A stretch of DNA of 63,919 nt, the filler included, from Rhabdomonas costata (taxonomy: Eukaryota): assembly GCA_019059605.1 (NCBI GenBank). It is 42 parts of 42 records of this genome, joined end to end, with 100 filler letters (N's around TTAATTAATTAA, not from the genome) between each part and the next. Parts side by side here need not be neighbours in the genome. Positions count along the whole stretch, not along the records: positions 24,399 to 25,821 come from JAHMHO010016335.1; positions 25,922 to 27,345 come from JAHMHO010016336.1; positions 27,446 to 28,870 come from JAHMHO010016337.1; positions 28,971 to 30,394 come from JAHMHO010016338.1; positions 30,495 to 31,918 come from JAHMHO010016339.1; positions 32,019 to 33,442 come from JAHMHO010016340.1; positions 33,543 to 34,966 come from JAHMHO010016341.1; positions 35,067 to 36,490 come from JAHMHO010016342.1; 34 more parts are not named here. The stretch is one strand, 5' to 3'. The number at the start of each line of letters is the position of its first letter. The stretch's first letter is position 1. Made by a program: the position numbers and the translations under genes. This document shows positions 25,048 through 37,336 of this stretch, piece after piece. The notes below the pieces were generated by a model. The model was given only the letters and a program-made list of their open reading frames with translations. It was not told the origin of the DNA and did no database searches.

Positions 25048-26767
25048 CTGGCCGTGGCTCCCAACCACTGGGGCGGGCGGCATTACCAGGAAAGGGAGAC
25101 AAACGAAACCAAGAAAGCACTGCAAGTCATACCGGTAAAACAGGGGAAGGAGCCTCACACTTACGCAAGAAGTACGCCGCAGTAATTCAGGGCTAAGGAT
25201 AGCGAACTGGCGAAAGTGGTGTACAGCTTTCCCATTTGGGCAATGCTGGGCTCATCCATCGTACTCTCACACATTTACCATTTCGCAAAGACGAGAAGAA
25301 AGATTAGCAACGATCGTGCTTGTCAGCCACCCCCAAATGAGCAAGCGGCGTCAGTTTCGTCATCTTCCAGAAACGTTGCAATCGTAATCCCTAGGCCCCG
25401 CTGTCCCCCCAGATGTAACCTGGCCCCAGAATAAAACGGCAGTACATCAGAAGGCCGCGTTTCCAACCCGTTCAGAAAAATCCAAGCAGTTGCCAGTCCG
25501 CACGGTGTATACGCCAGCCCTGCACTCAGCCCCCCAACCCCCAGCCTGATTGCCACTGGAAAAAAAACACCGATGTGTATTCAGGTTGAACCAAGGGAAA
25601 AGAAAACAGTAGGGGCAGTGGTGGGACAAACCGGAGGGGGTGTGGTCGGAATGAGGCGTGAGAAATAAACGGCCTGCGCTGACAAGGCGACGAAAAGAAG
25701 AAGAAGAAGAAAAAGAAGAGTACCTGTACAAAAAGGTGGGAGGAAGAGGGGAAGAAGAGCAGCACGAGGAATGGATTGAATATGGCTGCAATGGATTGGA
25801 AGGGGGGCCGTCACCCCACAANNNNNNNNNNNNNNNNNNNNNNNNNNNNNNNNNNNNNNNNNNNNTTAATTAATTAANNNNNNNNNNNNNNNNNNNNNNN
25901 NNNNNNNNNNNNNNNNNNNNNGGTTTTGTGTGACGTACGTCTTGTTTCGTTTCTTTACAGATGCCTTTGCCTCAGCGTGCCACCTCTTCTTCCTTTCTCG
26001 TTCCCGCCACTTTCTCTTCCGTTTACAGTATTTCTTATCAGATTTTGCTGAACACGCATGGATTGCCTGCAGCTGGACATTTCGCTTTCTCTATGGGTCG
26101 TCGGTCCTTCACTCAGGCCATACCTTCCGGAGTCCCTGTTTCACTCCCACCACGAGGACTCCGAGGGTGCGCATGGCAGCGATGACGACGACGAGGGAGA
26201 AGGTCCCGCCGCAGGGGTGACTCATAGCCCTGCCCGGCAGACCACGGTGGTAGTGTGCTCGCTGCCAGTGGTCCACTCCGCGGAGGATGTGCCTGAGAGT
26301 GGGCGAGGGTCGGAGGGCAACCCCAACAGCCGGGGTGGCTCTTCGGGAGGGTATGTGTTTTGTGTGAGTGAGTGACTTTTGCCAGCCGCTAGGTTTCGCT
26401 GCTGAACGAGCCTCAATCGAATGCGCAACCTTATCCCCAACAAAGGGAACTCCTATTTGGGGTGGGAATGGGGAGTTTCCTTCTGTCACGCTGAGCGACC
26501 GAGGATATGGATTCGAGCCAATTATGCTTTTGATGTCTGACGAAGACAAGGCTCACTGGCTGGGTCGTATGTTGTGAGCTGGTACCGGTTCGCCACGCAA
26601 CAGAATGGTAATCGCCGCATGTCCCGCGGGTCCTGGGCACATACCCATGAGAAGGCACAGCTACCCAAAAAGAAGACGTAGTCTCAGATATCCAAGTAGC
26701 GATGGTGCGCGGGAAAAGGCACTGGACCTGTGGGGCAGAAGGGAAGTTATTGTATGTGGAACGCTCC

Positions 26768-26980
26768 GCGGTGAGCCTGTTCCGGTGCACCCGTGGCCAA
26801 CAGCGCGTGCGCTCGTCCGTCCACAGTGGTCACCAACAGTCAACAGCAAGCCAGGCGACATCTAGCGCGCTGTGCGCCCAACGGGCTCTGGTCTTTCCAC
26901 ACACACATGCACAGGTTTGGCGTACCTACACACGACCCCGACTCCTCGCTCTTTCGCACACACACAAACGCACCCACAGC
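26768..26980 (+). repeat. Interspersed repeat, copy 1 (shared with 27452..27641)
   Basis: Colinear blocks GCGGTGAGCC-GTTCCGGT, CGTGGCCAACAGCGCGTGCGC, GTCCACAGTGGTCACCAACA, TGCGCCCAAC and CACACACAAAC-CACCCACAGC occur in two separate contigs. Confidence 0.9.
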
Positions 26981-27007
26981 ATAAATTTGCCATCGCGGGT
27001 GCTGACC

Positions 27008-27345
27008 ATGAGCAGCGCCTCGGCAAGCCCGCAGTCCTCGCGAAGCCCCACCGAGGACTCCGCCATTCGCGTCACCTCCACCTCCTTCTCCGGCACGGGC
27101 AGTGCCCGCACCATCTCCGAGTTGCACTCCGCACACTCGGTTTCCTTCCATACCGGGACAAAGTCCTCTGCCGTGGTGATTGACCTTCCCCGGCAGAGCA
27201 CCGCCAGCTCCTCCTCTGCGTCCAGCGCGCGGGACAGGCAGCACAGTGTCACGTTCGCTGCCACGGCGCGGTCGCGGGTCCCCCGATGCTGCTGTTCGTG
27301 CTGTGCCTTCCGGTCGACAGCCCTCCCTCCCGACTGCTCGCCACC
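27008..27345 (+). CDS. Hypothetical Ser-rich protein, probable first exon
   Basis: ACCATG start followed by a GC3-rich open frame (MSSASASPQSSRSPTEDSAIRV...) to the contig end. Confidence 0.55.
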
Positions 27346-27451
27346 NNNNNNNNNNNNNNNNNNNNNNNNNNNNNNNNNNNNNNNNNNNNTTAATTAATTA
27401 ANNNNNNNNNNNNNNNNNNNNNNNNNNNNNNNNNNNNNNNNNNNNGTGTTG

Positions 27452-27641
27452 GCGGTGAGCCAGTTCCGGTTCCGTACGGCACTGTTCGCTCCAACGGCAC
27501 CTCTCGCGAGCGCTCGTGGCCAACAGCGCGTGCGCCAGTCAGTCCACAGTGGTCACCAACAACCAGTCAACCAGTCAACCAGGCAACAGCCAGCGCGCCA
27601 TGCGCCCAACACACATGCACACACACAAACTCACCCACAGC
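27452..27641 (+). repeat. Interspersed repeat, copy 2
   Basis: Aligns by eye with 26768..26980, with substitutions and indels. Confidence 0.9.
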
Positions 27642-27901
27642 GCCTTCGCGCGGTTTTTGATGTGGTGTCCACATGCCCTTCTGCCTCTTCTGCTCACCTG
27701 TTGAGTTTTTGAGATGCTCTTTTTGCGGCTGTTCAGTGAATTATCTGGGTGGGGTTGGGGGATTCTGTGATGGAGTATGCCTCGCAGGAGGGAAGCTCTT
27801 TTTGTGAGGGGAGCTTTTTCTGTGTGTTTTGTGGTTTAGTTGTGGTTTTGACCCTTCCATCCAGTTTATCGGTTTGCCCGACTTTCTTTTTCTTTTTGCA
27901 G

Positions 27902-28223
27902 TGCGTGCGTCCGGGGAGGGAGAAGGGTTGGTTACCATCGATTGGCTTCGATTACAACGGTCCAAAGGCCTGGAGCGTCCTCGCCTTCACTCTCCGCTTT
28001 CATGTCCTTGTGCCCTTTTTATGATCTTCTTACAAGGGGGGGGGGCACACTGTGCCTGAGTTCCTGTGTACCCCCTAACACCGCAGGCCACTGGTGCATC
28101 GAGCTGCTGACCCCGGGCAAGCGCTTCCCTGACGGCCTGAAGCCCCGGCCCTGCCGGGGCCGCCTCCGTCAGGACTGGATCCCAGACTCCGAGAACCCCG
28201 ACACGGCGGAACTGCTCCCCGAA
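27902..28223 (+). CDS. Hypothetical protein exons (27902..27959 and 28087..~28223)
   Basis: Phase-compatible GT-AG splice gives CVRPGREKGWLPSIGFDYNGHWCIELLTPGKRFPDGLKPRPCRGRLRQDWIP; family not recognised. Confidence 0.45.
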
Positions 28224-30501
28224 GTTCGCTCCCAGCCTCCTATCGAGAACGCCCGCGCCGCTGGGAACACCTCCGTGCAGCCGCCGCCGCCGCCGCAGCA
28301 GCAGCAGCAGCACCATGAGTTCGTGGAGTTTCCACAGCTTCGCGGGAAGAAAAGCCTCTCAGTTCTGCTGTGGACCTCCCGGTTCAACGCGACGTGGGAA
28401 GTGACCATGGAGGAAAGCTGTCCGGTACTGTGCCTTAGCCGTCGAATTCCCACCCCCACCCTCCATATTCCTACCATGCACAAGATACACATTTCTACCG
28501 CACACCGACCTACATTGCACAGTGTGGGGAGGGGGTGAAGCGCCCATTCGAGGCATAGCCGCATTGACTTTGGCTTGACAAAGCACCTGGGGACAACTGT
28601 TGACGCGAAATCCTTGAAGCACAGGGACCCTCTTCCGCGGAAACCAAGTGTCTTTTTCAAGGCTTTGGCGTCCCTCCATGTGTGCCTGTTTGCGCGTGTG
28701 CTGGTGTGATTTGGATTAAATATCCGTAGGAGCCAAGGAGCAGCTTGGTTTGCTTGGCCTTCTTGAAAAGGGATGTCGCACTTGCCTTTGTGAAGCCTTT
28801 CTGAGGCCCCAAGAAGGTGAATGTCGTTCTGCTTTTGTGCCAGGCTTGACTTCTTCTGCACAAAACCAACNNNNNNNNNNNNNNNNNNNNNNNNNNNNNN
28901 NNNNNNNNNNNNNNTTAATTAATTAANNNNNNNNNNNNNNNNNNNNNNNNNNNNNNNNNNNNNNNNNNNNGTTGTGGGTTACCCAAAACAAGGGAAACAA
29001 GCAGGTTTGAAGGAGCGACCCAGCGCTTCTGACTTAATCGTTGGAATGTGTGTGACTTTTCTTTCTGCGTGTGTCTGTGTCAGTTGTGGGGTTGTGGTCG
29101 GGCGTGGTTGCCTGTCAAAGAATTGTCAGGCCAGGCCAGTAAACCATCGGCTTTAGCGAGGCTGTAATCCCGCATAAAAAACAAACAGCAAATAAGAGGG
29201 ATGATATATCATGAAGCTGGGGCAAACGGGACGCTGACGAGAAAGTACGGCACGGTCGAAAGTAACACGAGTCGCACTGAAGAGAGAGGTTCAAGGGGAT
29301 AACCACCTCACCCACTAGATGTGAGGTTCTTCGCAAAGGTAGCCGATTGACTTGAGTCCTGCTCCCGAAGCAGAAGATCAAGCCTCCACCATGGGATTGC
29401 TGCAGAAGTGCAAGACAACGCACGCACGCACCCACCCACCAAATATTGCATCGAAATGCAGTCCTTTCATTGGAGCAGAGGTCTCAAGGAAATGGGATTC
29501 TGGCCATCCCTAGGACAATTAAAGTGCTCCTCCGACTTTCAGCGTAAAATGAAAAAAGAAAACACGAGGCTGGCAAATCGTTGTTACAGGTATCAAATGC
29601 AAACACCTACCCTACTAAAAATGAACCGAACAGCTTGAAGAGGAAATCAAGTCAAAACATTTACCTGCAGGAGTTTATTCATTTGTTTGTCTACATTCAG
29701 AGGAGTTTGGTGGGTAACCTGCGCTCCTAAGATAATGAGCACCATTAGCAGAATGGAGTTAATTACGCGCCAGAACGAAGAGGCACGCGCTGATGGGGTG
29801 TGCGGAAAGGGCAAAAACCGCGGAGACGGAAGAAAAGAGACTGCAGGGTGTAATCCGGGGATAGGGGGAAAGATGAAGGGAATGCAGCAAGCACCAAGCA
29901 CCACATGACATACTGTCAGGACGGAGATGTTGGGCCAACTCTGAAAATGCTGCTGTTCTTCGAAGTTCCTTGAAAAACAAAGGCATGACAGACGGATCGA
30001 CGGTCTTTCGTGACAGTGACTAACTGAAAATTCAACCCTGTCTACAGGTGTCTGATATGGTCTGACATGGTGACAAGTGTCCGCAAAAGTCGGGCCGGGC
30101 TAAGCATCAGAAAAAACTCGGCTATTTGGTACAACCACGGCGCATCGGCGATACCCTTGGATCAAACATGCACATTTCACGGCACTCATAAAAAAGGTCA
30201 CCTGCACAAGTGCCGCAATTTCGGGGATCCTGAGCGAGCTCCCGCCGCGATTGTGGTAGTATTTTTCACGGGAGTGTGCGGGGTCCTTGAGGTGCTCTAG
30301 GTACCGCATGGCCTTGTGGAAGCTGGGCGGGGTCGCTCCCCCCTTCAAAAGATGCTCCAAGGCCCGGATCGTTGCATTTACACCCGCCTTCGCGNNNNNN
30401 NNNNNNNNNNNNNNNNNNNNNNNNNNNNNNNNNNNNNNTTAATTAATTAANNNNNNNNNNNNNNNNNNNNNNNNNNNNNNNNNNNNNNNNNNNNTGTTTG
30501 T

Positions 30502-30689
30502 TGGATCTTGGGAAATGTTTACGAAGAGATCTTTCTTCAGTTTCCTGTTTCCCTTTTTTTTGGAAGTTTCCTGATAATGGTATAGAAGCGCCGCGGGTCA
30601 CAATCATAAACCATTATCAGGAAACTTCCAAAAAAAAGGGAAACAGGAAACTGAAGAAAGATCTCTTCGTAAACATTTCCCAAGATCCA
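30502..30689. repeat. Inverted repeat, 80-bp arms with 28-bp spacer, at contig start
   Basis: 30502..30581 is the reverse complement of 30610..30689. Confidence 0.95.
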
Positions 30690-30831
30690 GCAGGCCCTGC
30701 ACACCAGCTTTCCAGTTCGCTAGTTTGGGTTGAGATTAAACAGGGAGATAACAGAAAATTATCAGGAAGGAGTTCGGAAAATGACAAAAAACAAGATAGC
30801 GAGACAAGATGGACAGAATCCAGGATGCCAC

Positions 30832-31455
30832 CTGATTCACCATGGGAGGAACTTTGGCGTCTTCCAGAAGCTGTTCAAGGTGGGGCACAAGAAAGTTCGA
30901 AACCCCAATGGCCCGGGCTCGCCCGCTGGCGTACACCTCCTCGAACGCCGCCCAGCACTGCTTCCGCATCTCCCGGTTCAGCGCACCGTTAGAGGAACGG
31001 AAGTTCCCAGGCCAATGCATGAGCAGCAGGTCCACGTAACCCAGCATCAACTCGTCCAGACACCGCTCCACGTCGTGCAGAACTCGGCCTTTCATGTCCG
31101 CTTGGATGGCGGGGTCTCTGATATCAATGGACTTTCCAATCCTACCAAAGGTATGTGAGGACGGTGGGTGGAACACCTTGGTGGTCACAAAGACGTCGCT
31201 CCTCTTCAGGCGGCCCGCGGCAAACTCCTGGCCCAGGGAGATCCCGAGGATTGGGTGAGTGCCGTATGCCAGTGCGGAGTCAAAGTGCCGGTATCCCGCT
31301 CGCAGGGCCATCGAGATCGGGTGCCACGCGTCCTCCGGCAGGAAGCCCATCATCCGGTCCTTGTGCTCGGGGTTGAAGTTTCCGAAATACGTACCGAAGC
31401 CCACGGCAGGCATCTTCACCCCATTGGAGAGGGTAAGGTACTTCATGCTGGACAT
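30832..31455 (-). CDS. Aldo-keto reductase family protein, first exon
   Basis: LSNGVKMPAVGFGT, GYRHFDSALAYG, RSDVFVTTK, LGYVDLLLMHWP, RAIGVSNF, PMVNQ then a GT donor; the catalytic D/Y/K/H tetrad is present. Confidence 0.96.
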
Positions 31456-33940
31456 TGGTAACGATGAGAAAAAAATCGCGAGGCCTCCCCCGAATAGCTG
31501 CAGGAATTAAATTCAGCAGACACACCAGTTAAGTCCCAGACAAGGACCACGCATACAGTGGAAAGAAGCAAATCACAGAACTGGACATAATTTTCCAACA
31601 ATCTGATAATGCGCTAAATGGCATCGGCCAGCGATAAAACTCCGTACAGTACAATGCACTCATTCGCAAACCCCACCCCTTCACACACACGTATCGAAGT
31701 GGGTTGTAATCACAGCGCGCGGTGCAAAAAATGGACATGTTCTTTACCTCCCAGAATTCTCCTTGGCGAAAGAAGTGTGAAGTGTTCAAACTCCAACCAG
31801 ATGCCGCGCATCCATCGGAAAACAGCTCAGGCCCGACTGCGACGCCGAAGGAGTATCAGGGAACAAAAGCGGGGGACATGCAATGGAATTCAAAACTCCT
31901 AGGTAATCCAACACAAAANNNNNNNNNNNNNNNNNNNNNNNNNNNNNNNNNNNNNNNNNNNNTTAATTAATTAANNNNNNNNNNNNNNNNNNNNNNNNNN
32001 NNNNNNNNNNNNNNNNNNGGCTATCGGCCTGAAGCGGCCCATTCCCACCCCAAGTCCTATCAGAGCTTGAAGCGAGGCGGAGGCAAAAGACCCACAACAA
32101 CTAAATTCCCGCAAGAGGCGGAGTCAGCAGGGGAAGTTTGAAGAACAAGGGGCGCGGGCCAGCGAGGTTGCAATTGGGAAGGCTGTTCCCTTTCCGAGTG
32201 GTTAGGGTCGAAGCGGAGGCGGCCAGGTTCCTTCTGAGGGATACGCGGTGCGGGAAGCGAATGGGCAAGTCGGTCCCCGTCCACGACAAATAGCTGATTT
32301 CAACGGCAGCGGCTATTGCACAACAATTTCTTGCACGATTACGCCTACGGCCGCATTAAGTGCTCACCCAAATTCGGGGGGCATGTCTCCCAAACATGCG
32401 GCGCTGCTGCGCAAAATCCCGACGTCATTTGTCATTGGGACGCGAGTGCTACAGAATGAAATCTGCTGGAGGACTTTTTGCGTTTCCGCAAGGAAGGCGG
32501 TTGATCCGCTAATATGCCCGGGCGCATACTGATGACGGGCATGGGCATCGGTCGAAGGGATGATTTCCCATCCCAGCATCTGAGCTTCTGCACACCATAT
32601 TCCATCAGTAAGACGGGTTCGACCAATAACAAAGCAATTCACAAGGGATGGGTTTTCACAGGTTTCGCGGACGGAGGGCCCAGGCCGATTGCAATCGCGT
32701 TATAACGTTTAGGATGAGAAAGGCGTAGGACGCGTAAGACTCAGGACCACCAATATTACACGTCTGACGCCGTTTGGCCACAAAAAGACCGAGATGTCTG
32801 CGACAGCGGGGGTCCAATAAACAGCAAAAAAAAAAAGAGCATGCCTTCAAGCTTAAGCTCCAGCTTGTTCAAGACGGGAATGTCAATAAACTCACACGTC
32901 ACAGTACGAAAGGCGAACAGTGGCAAAAGGAGAACGGAACTTCCGTAGATCCTTTCACAGAGACACACATGGATGCCGCAGGCTTCGTGCAAGAACCTTG
33001 AACCTAGAACCTTGAAAGACACACTACGCCCAGATTTTATTCCACACATTTCACATTGCATAGTGCACGCGAATGACTTCCACCATAAAGAGCTGCCGCC
33101 ATGCCGTGCAACCCTTTCGTTGCCGTGCAACCCCGTGCCAAGCTGTCCACTCGCGAACAATGTCATTGCAAAGGAGGATAAGCATGTCACAGACGCAATA
33201 CAACGACAACTCACTGATCGAAACCAATCGACGGACCGACTGACTGATTGACCGACCGGTCGACAACAGGAGAAAAGCCCCTGAAGTTCTGTGCTTCGGG
33301 TTCACTTTGCCACGAACGGGGGCAAGCCCGTCCGGGACGCCCTCCGCGAGGACGAGATCGTGGGGAGGGTCGCCCGGGGCACGCTCTCAGAGCGATACGA
33401 GGAGACCATTGGAGCGCCTCCGCCAGTAATCACCCCCCAACCNNNNNNNNNNNNNNNNNNNNNNNNNNNNNNNNNNNNNNNNNNNNTTAATTAATTAANN
33501 NNNNNNNNNNNNNNNNNNNNNNNNNNNNNNNNNNNNNNNNNNTTTTTTTTCGGAAATATCGGGTTTTGAGAAAAACGTCTGCATTGGGCCGGCCTTTTTT
33601 CATTTATGGTGAGGCTTTCTTTTTACTATTTTTTTTCGCATTTTTTTTTTGCAATTCTTTCCAATCGCAACCGACTCTGGTTTGTAGAATTCAGGACGCT
33701 TCGCTGCCCTCCTTCCCCCTGGGGGACGAAGCAAGTGCCTTCTGGGATTCCAATGGAAGATTTTCTGGGTTGGGCTTAAGCCAGAATCAGATTTCCATCC
33801 CCCCTCTCCAGCGTTTCTCTTCTTGCTCCTAAGCTGAAGGAGTTGCGTTGCTGTTCAGAAGGCTTCGAATCGGAGAGCGATAACCGAGCCTGTGCCTTGA
33901 TTGGGTTTCCAGCTTCATTGCCACACCTTTGGCTTCCATA

Positions 33941-34631
33941 CAAAAGCGAATGAAGTTCTTAGACCTGGCCTCCCAAGACTGGTATATCAGCCTGCAGCAA
34001 GAAGGGTAGAAGGCGCCCTTCAATGAATTAATGGGGTCACACATTGGAGACGGCGGCGGGCATCAATGCCTTTGAAAAACATGGAAACTCGTATCTGGAA
34101 CCCCAAAGAGACTGTTTTGGGTAGGACGGGCATACTCAGGGATGCGGCATCGGAGGTAGTCCCCCCAGACAGCGGGGTGGCTGTTGGCGGTGAACTCGTG
34201 GGGACGAATCCGCTTGCACCGGTGGATGCGCTCCTTCATTGCAGCGCGAATCTCGGCCTCCTTTTGGCACCAGTCCTGGGGAAAACACACATGCACACAC
34301 AAACGAAGTGAGGAGGGGAGAGGATCAAAACGCTCTGCAACAATGGAACGGATATATTGGGCCACATGACCTCGAACTTATCTATAAAAAAAAGTTACGC
34401 CGGGCACTCAATAAAACGCAGGGCCACTCGAGAGTAGTGGGCAGGAGGGCTGGTTGCAACCAGCATAGACCGAAAGCTAGATTTTGGGCTCCACTTGACA
34501 AGACCCGCCTTCGAACATTTCGTCCGCAAACTGGGGGGTGAGGGACGGGTTCGAGAAACCTGAATCACATTTTCGATCTTTCTCCTCTTGTTGGCCATAA
34601 GGGTGGGCAGAGCACGCCTCAAAGTCTTCAC
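33941..34631 (-). CDS. Hypothetical multi-exon protein fragment
   Basis: AG/GT-bounded exons KTLRRALPTLMANKRRKIENVIQ | DWCQKEAEIRAAMKERIHRCKRIRPHEF...WGDYLRCRIPE | LIYQSWEARSKNFIRF; no family recognised. Confidence 0.45.
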
Positions 34632-34705
34632 TGAAGAGAAAACCACTCATCGGTAAAACGGGAAACCGACCGTTCCTGGGGGAACAGAAGACACTTTGTA
34701 AGTTC

Positions 34706-34959
34706 TGTGAGAGTCGCTTTGGAAATGCACAATGTTTGCTTTGAACTAAAGCCAAAGCCACTTTGAACCATCACAAAAACACACGGCATCACGCATGACA
34801 CTGGTGTCTGCAGCGGTCCATCCTTCAGGGCAAGAGAGAAGAGAGAAAACGCTGCAGACACCAGTGTCATGCGTGATGCTGTGTGTTTTTGTGATGGTTC
34901 AAAGTGGCTTTGGCTTTAGTTCAAAGCAAACATTGTGCATTTCCAAAGCGACTCTCACA
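34706..34959. repeat. Inverted repeat, 110-bp arms (1 mismatch) with 34-bp spacer, at contig end
   Basis: 34706..34815 versus 34850..34959. Confidence 0.95.
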
Positions 34960-35144
34960 CAACAAANNNNNNNNNNNNNNNNNNNNNNNNNNNNNNNNNN
35001 NNNNNNNNNNTTAATTAATTAANNNNNNNNNNNNNNNNNNNNNNNNNNNNNNNNNNNNNNNNNNNNTTGTGGTTGGACACAATGCGGATGGAGGATCATA
35101 TCATCATATCAGCAAAACATAAAAAGCGATTGAACACAGCACAC

Positions 35145-36175
35145 CTGCCGCGCAGGATGAGGCAGCAGTTGCCATCCAGAGAGCCTGATGTGCCCAGCTC
35201 GGTGAGAATGAAGGCCTGGAGGTGCTCCTGGGAGCGCGCCATGGAGCGGCAGATCTCCGCGAAGTTCGTGAAGGCGGACTTCTTGGTACCGTCCCTGGGG
35301 ATTGATGTAAAGCAGAGCTGCTGAACGACAATCAGCTTGCGACCAAGGTGCGCACTTAAGTAATGACTCACGGAGATGCAGCACAGGACGGCTTTAAATG
35401 GGAATCTGCCTCCGGCAGAAGAAGGACATCCTTACATCAAGATGTTGCGGTGAAAGCCATAAGGATTAGCAGCACAGCTCCTCCCGACGCAGGCGTTACA
35501 GTGTGTTCCCACAGAGCACCTGACGACATTTGGGGGCTTCAGGGTGTACTTCTTCTTGGCCCCGGCAAGCTCGGGGTGCTTTGCCCGGATCCCGTCAAAC
35601 ACCCGATTGAGCAGAAACTGGTATGTGTAGGCCTCTTCGGTCCCTCCGGTTGAGACACCTCCGTCCGCAGGCTTGGGCTCTGAGCGCCAACACCCCGCAA
35701 CATTTTTATGCACATGGCAAAGCGGTATGAGAGAAACGTAAGAGAGAGAGAGAGAGTGTGTGTGTGTGTGTGTTGAGACACTAGGCCGGGATCTGCTCGT
35801 TAGCCCATTCTGCGGTGTACTTCGTATCCGGGGGGTCGCACCGCGACTCCACCCCTGGGGTGTTTCGACCCCAAGGCCCACTCATGCCTGAATGCCTGAA
35901 TCCTCGGCCAAATCCTCGGCTTCCGGTTTTACATAGGGCTGAAGGAAAGACGCGTCAAAGGTAGTTGCGGATTCTACTTGCCCAGTGACGAATCCAGAGT
36001 GTACAGCAAGTGTGTGGCAACGCAAAGCGCGGGGGCGCGAACTTTTCTCCTTTTTCTTCTTGTTCTTCAGATCCTCCAGAAAGGCAGCCTCGTCCTCGTC
36101 CACAGGGGCAGCAGGAGAATCCGCAGCAGGCTTCTCCCCAGTTTCCCCCTCACCGCCGTCGTCTTCCTTCTTATC
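35145..36175 (-). CDS. EIF2S2: Translation initiation factor eIF2 subunit beta, partial (exons include 36175..36043, 35679..35520, 35294..35145)
   Basis: Lys box KNKKKKEK; YTYQFLLNRVF...PPNVVR|DGTKKSAFTNFAEICRSMARSQEHLQAFILTELGTSGSLDG...LILRGR. Confidence 0.96.
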
Positions 36176-36679
36176 CTAGCACAAAGAACCAAGAACGCGT
36201 GCGTCTGCCTGCCCAGTTGCAACGCATGTCTGTGTGTGTTGGTCACTAGCGCGCTGGCTGTTCCCTGAATGGCTATTGGTTGAATGGCTATCTGCATGCG
36301 TTGTCGTGCCACCACGATGCATTTTTTGGGAGGGGGGGAGGAGTAACGGTTCAACGACGTTAAATAGTTTGACGTGTTAAATGGTTGAACATCGATCCAG
36401 TGCAAAACAATGCCGGCGTGCCACCAGCCACCCGAAACCCGCTTCACCTGTCCAACTTCCTCACTCTTATGCCCACCCCCCCCACACAACNNNNNNNNNN
36501 NNNNNNNNNNNNNNNNNNNNNNNNNNNNNNNNNNTTAATTAATTAANNNNNNNNNNNNNNNNNNNNNNNNNNNNNNNNNNNNNNNNNNNNGGTGTGGTGG
36601 AGTGTCAGCATCACCATCACCACGATAAACGAAAATTAAAAGAAAGCGCCCCGCGTTGCGAGTTGCACTCAATTATAAC

Positions 36680-37336
36680 CTGACGGCGCTGCAGCACTGA
36701 ATGTATTTCCGCAAGTTTTCACCCTTGCTCCGTTCTATGCCTTCCACCATCATTTTCACCACCAGCGCGAACAGGGCGTCGGTTGTGAAGACACATAGCG
36801 ACGCTGAAAATTTGGGAAAACAAGCAAGAAAGCAACGAATGAAAAGGTTTTTGACAAACAAAAGGACCACACAAGCAGTGTTTACCAAGGCAAACAATCG
36901 CCTTCTTGCGGATGGGAGCTCGGGGAGAATTCAGAGCCTCCAGGAGCGTTTGCTGCAGATGCTCATGCTCTTCGAAGACAAGAGTTCCAAACCGCTTCAC
37001 AACGTCATTGATAACGTCAAGAACCTCCAGCTTGGCCTCATTGTCGACTTTCTGAATGAGCAAGAAAATGAGAAGTTCAGAGTCAGAGCAAGAAAAGGCT
37101 TGTTACCTGAACATGAGAAAGAGCGAGAAGGACACACTGCCACTCCCGCAACAAGAGGAGTCATCAGCTTTTTGATTGCAGTGGAGAAGGTCGCAGGTGT
37201 CTCTGCGACCATTGTCTTAAGAGCAGTTGTAGCAATGTCACGCTTCTCCTTCTTCCCTTGCAAGCAGGAGGTGCAAAGACTGAGAAACAATTTCTCCGCG
37301 TAGGTCTCCTTGATCTTCTTGACAAGCGGAGCAAGA
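36680..37336 (-). CDS. CAND1: Cullin-associated NEDD8-dissociated protein 1, partial (exons 37336..37138, 37051..36886, 36803..36680)
   Basis: LAPLVKKI...RDIATTALKTMVAE; KLEVLDVINDVVKRFG...LNSPRAPIRKKAIVCL; LRKYIQC match the N-terminal HEAT repeats of CAND1. Confidence 0.92.

Noticed and set aside
35680-35895. Possible GC-AG intron in eIF2-beta
   Set aside because: The region is poorly conserved and an alternative GT donor can also restore the frame; cannot be decided without RNA data.
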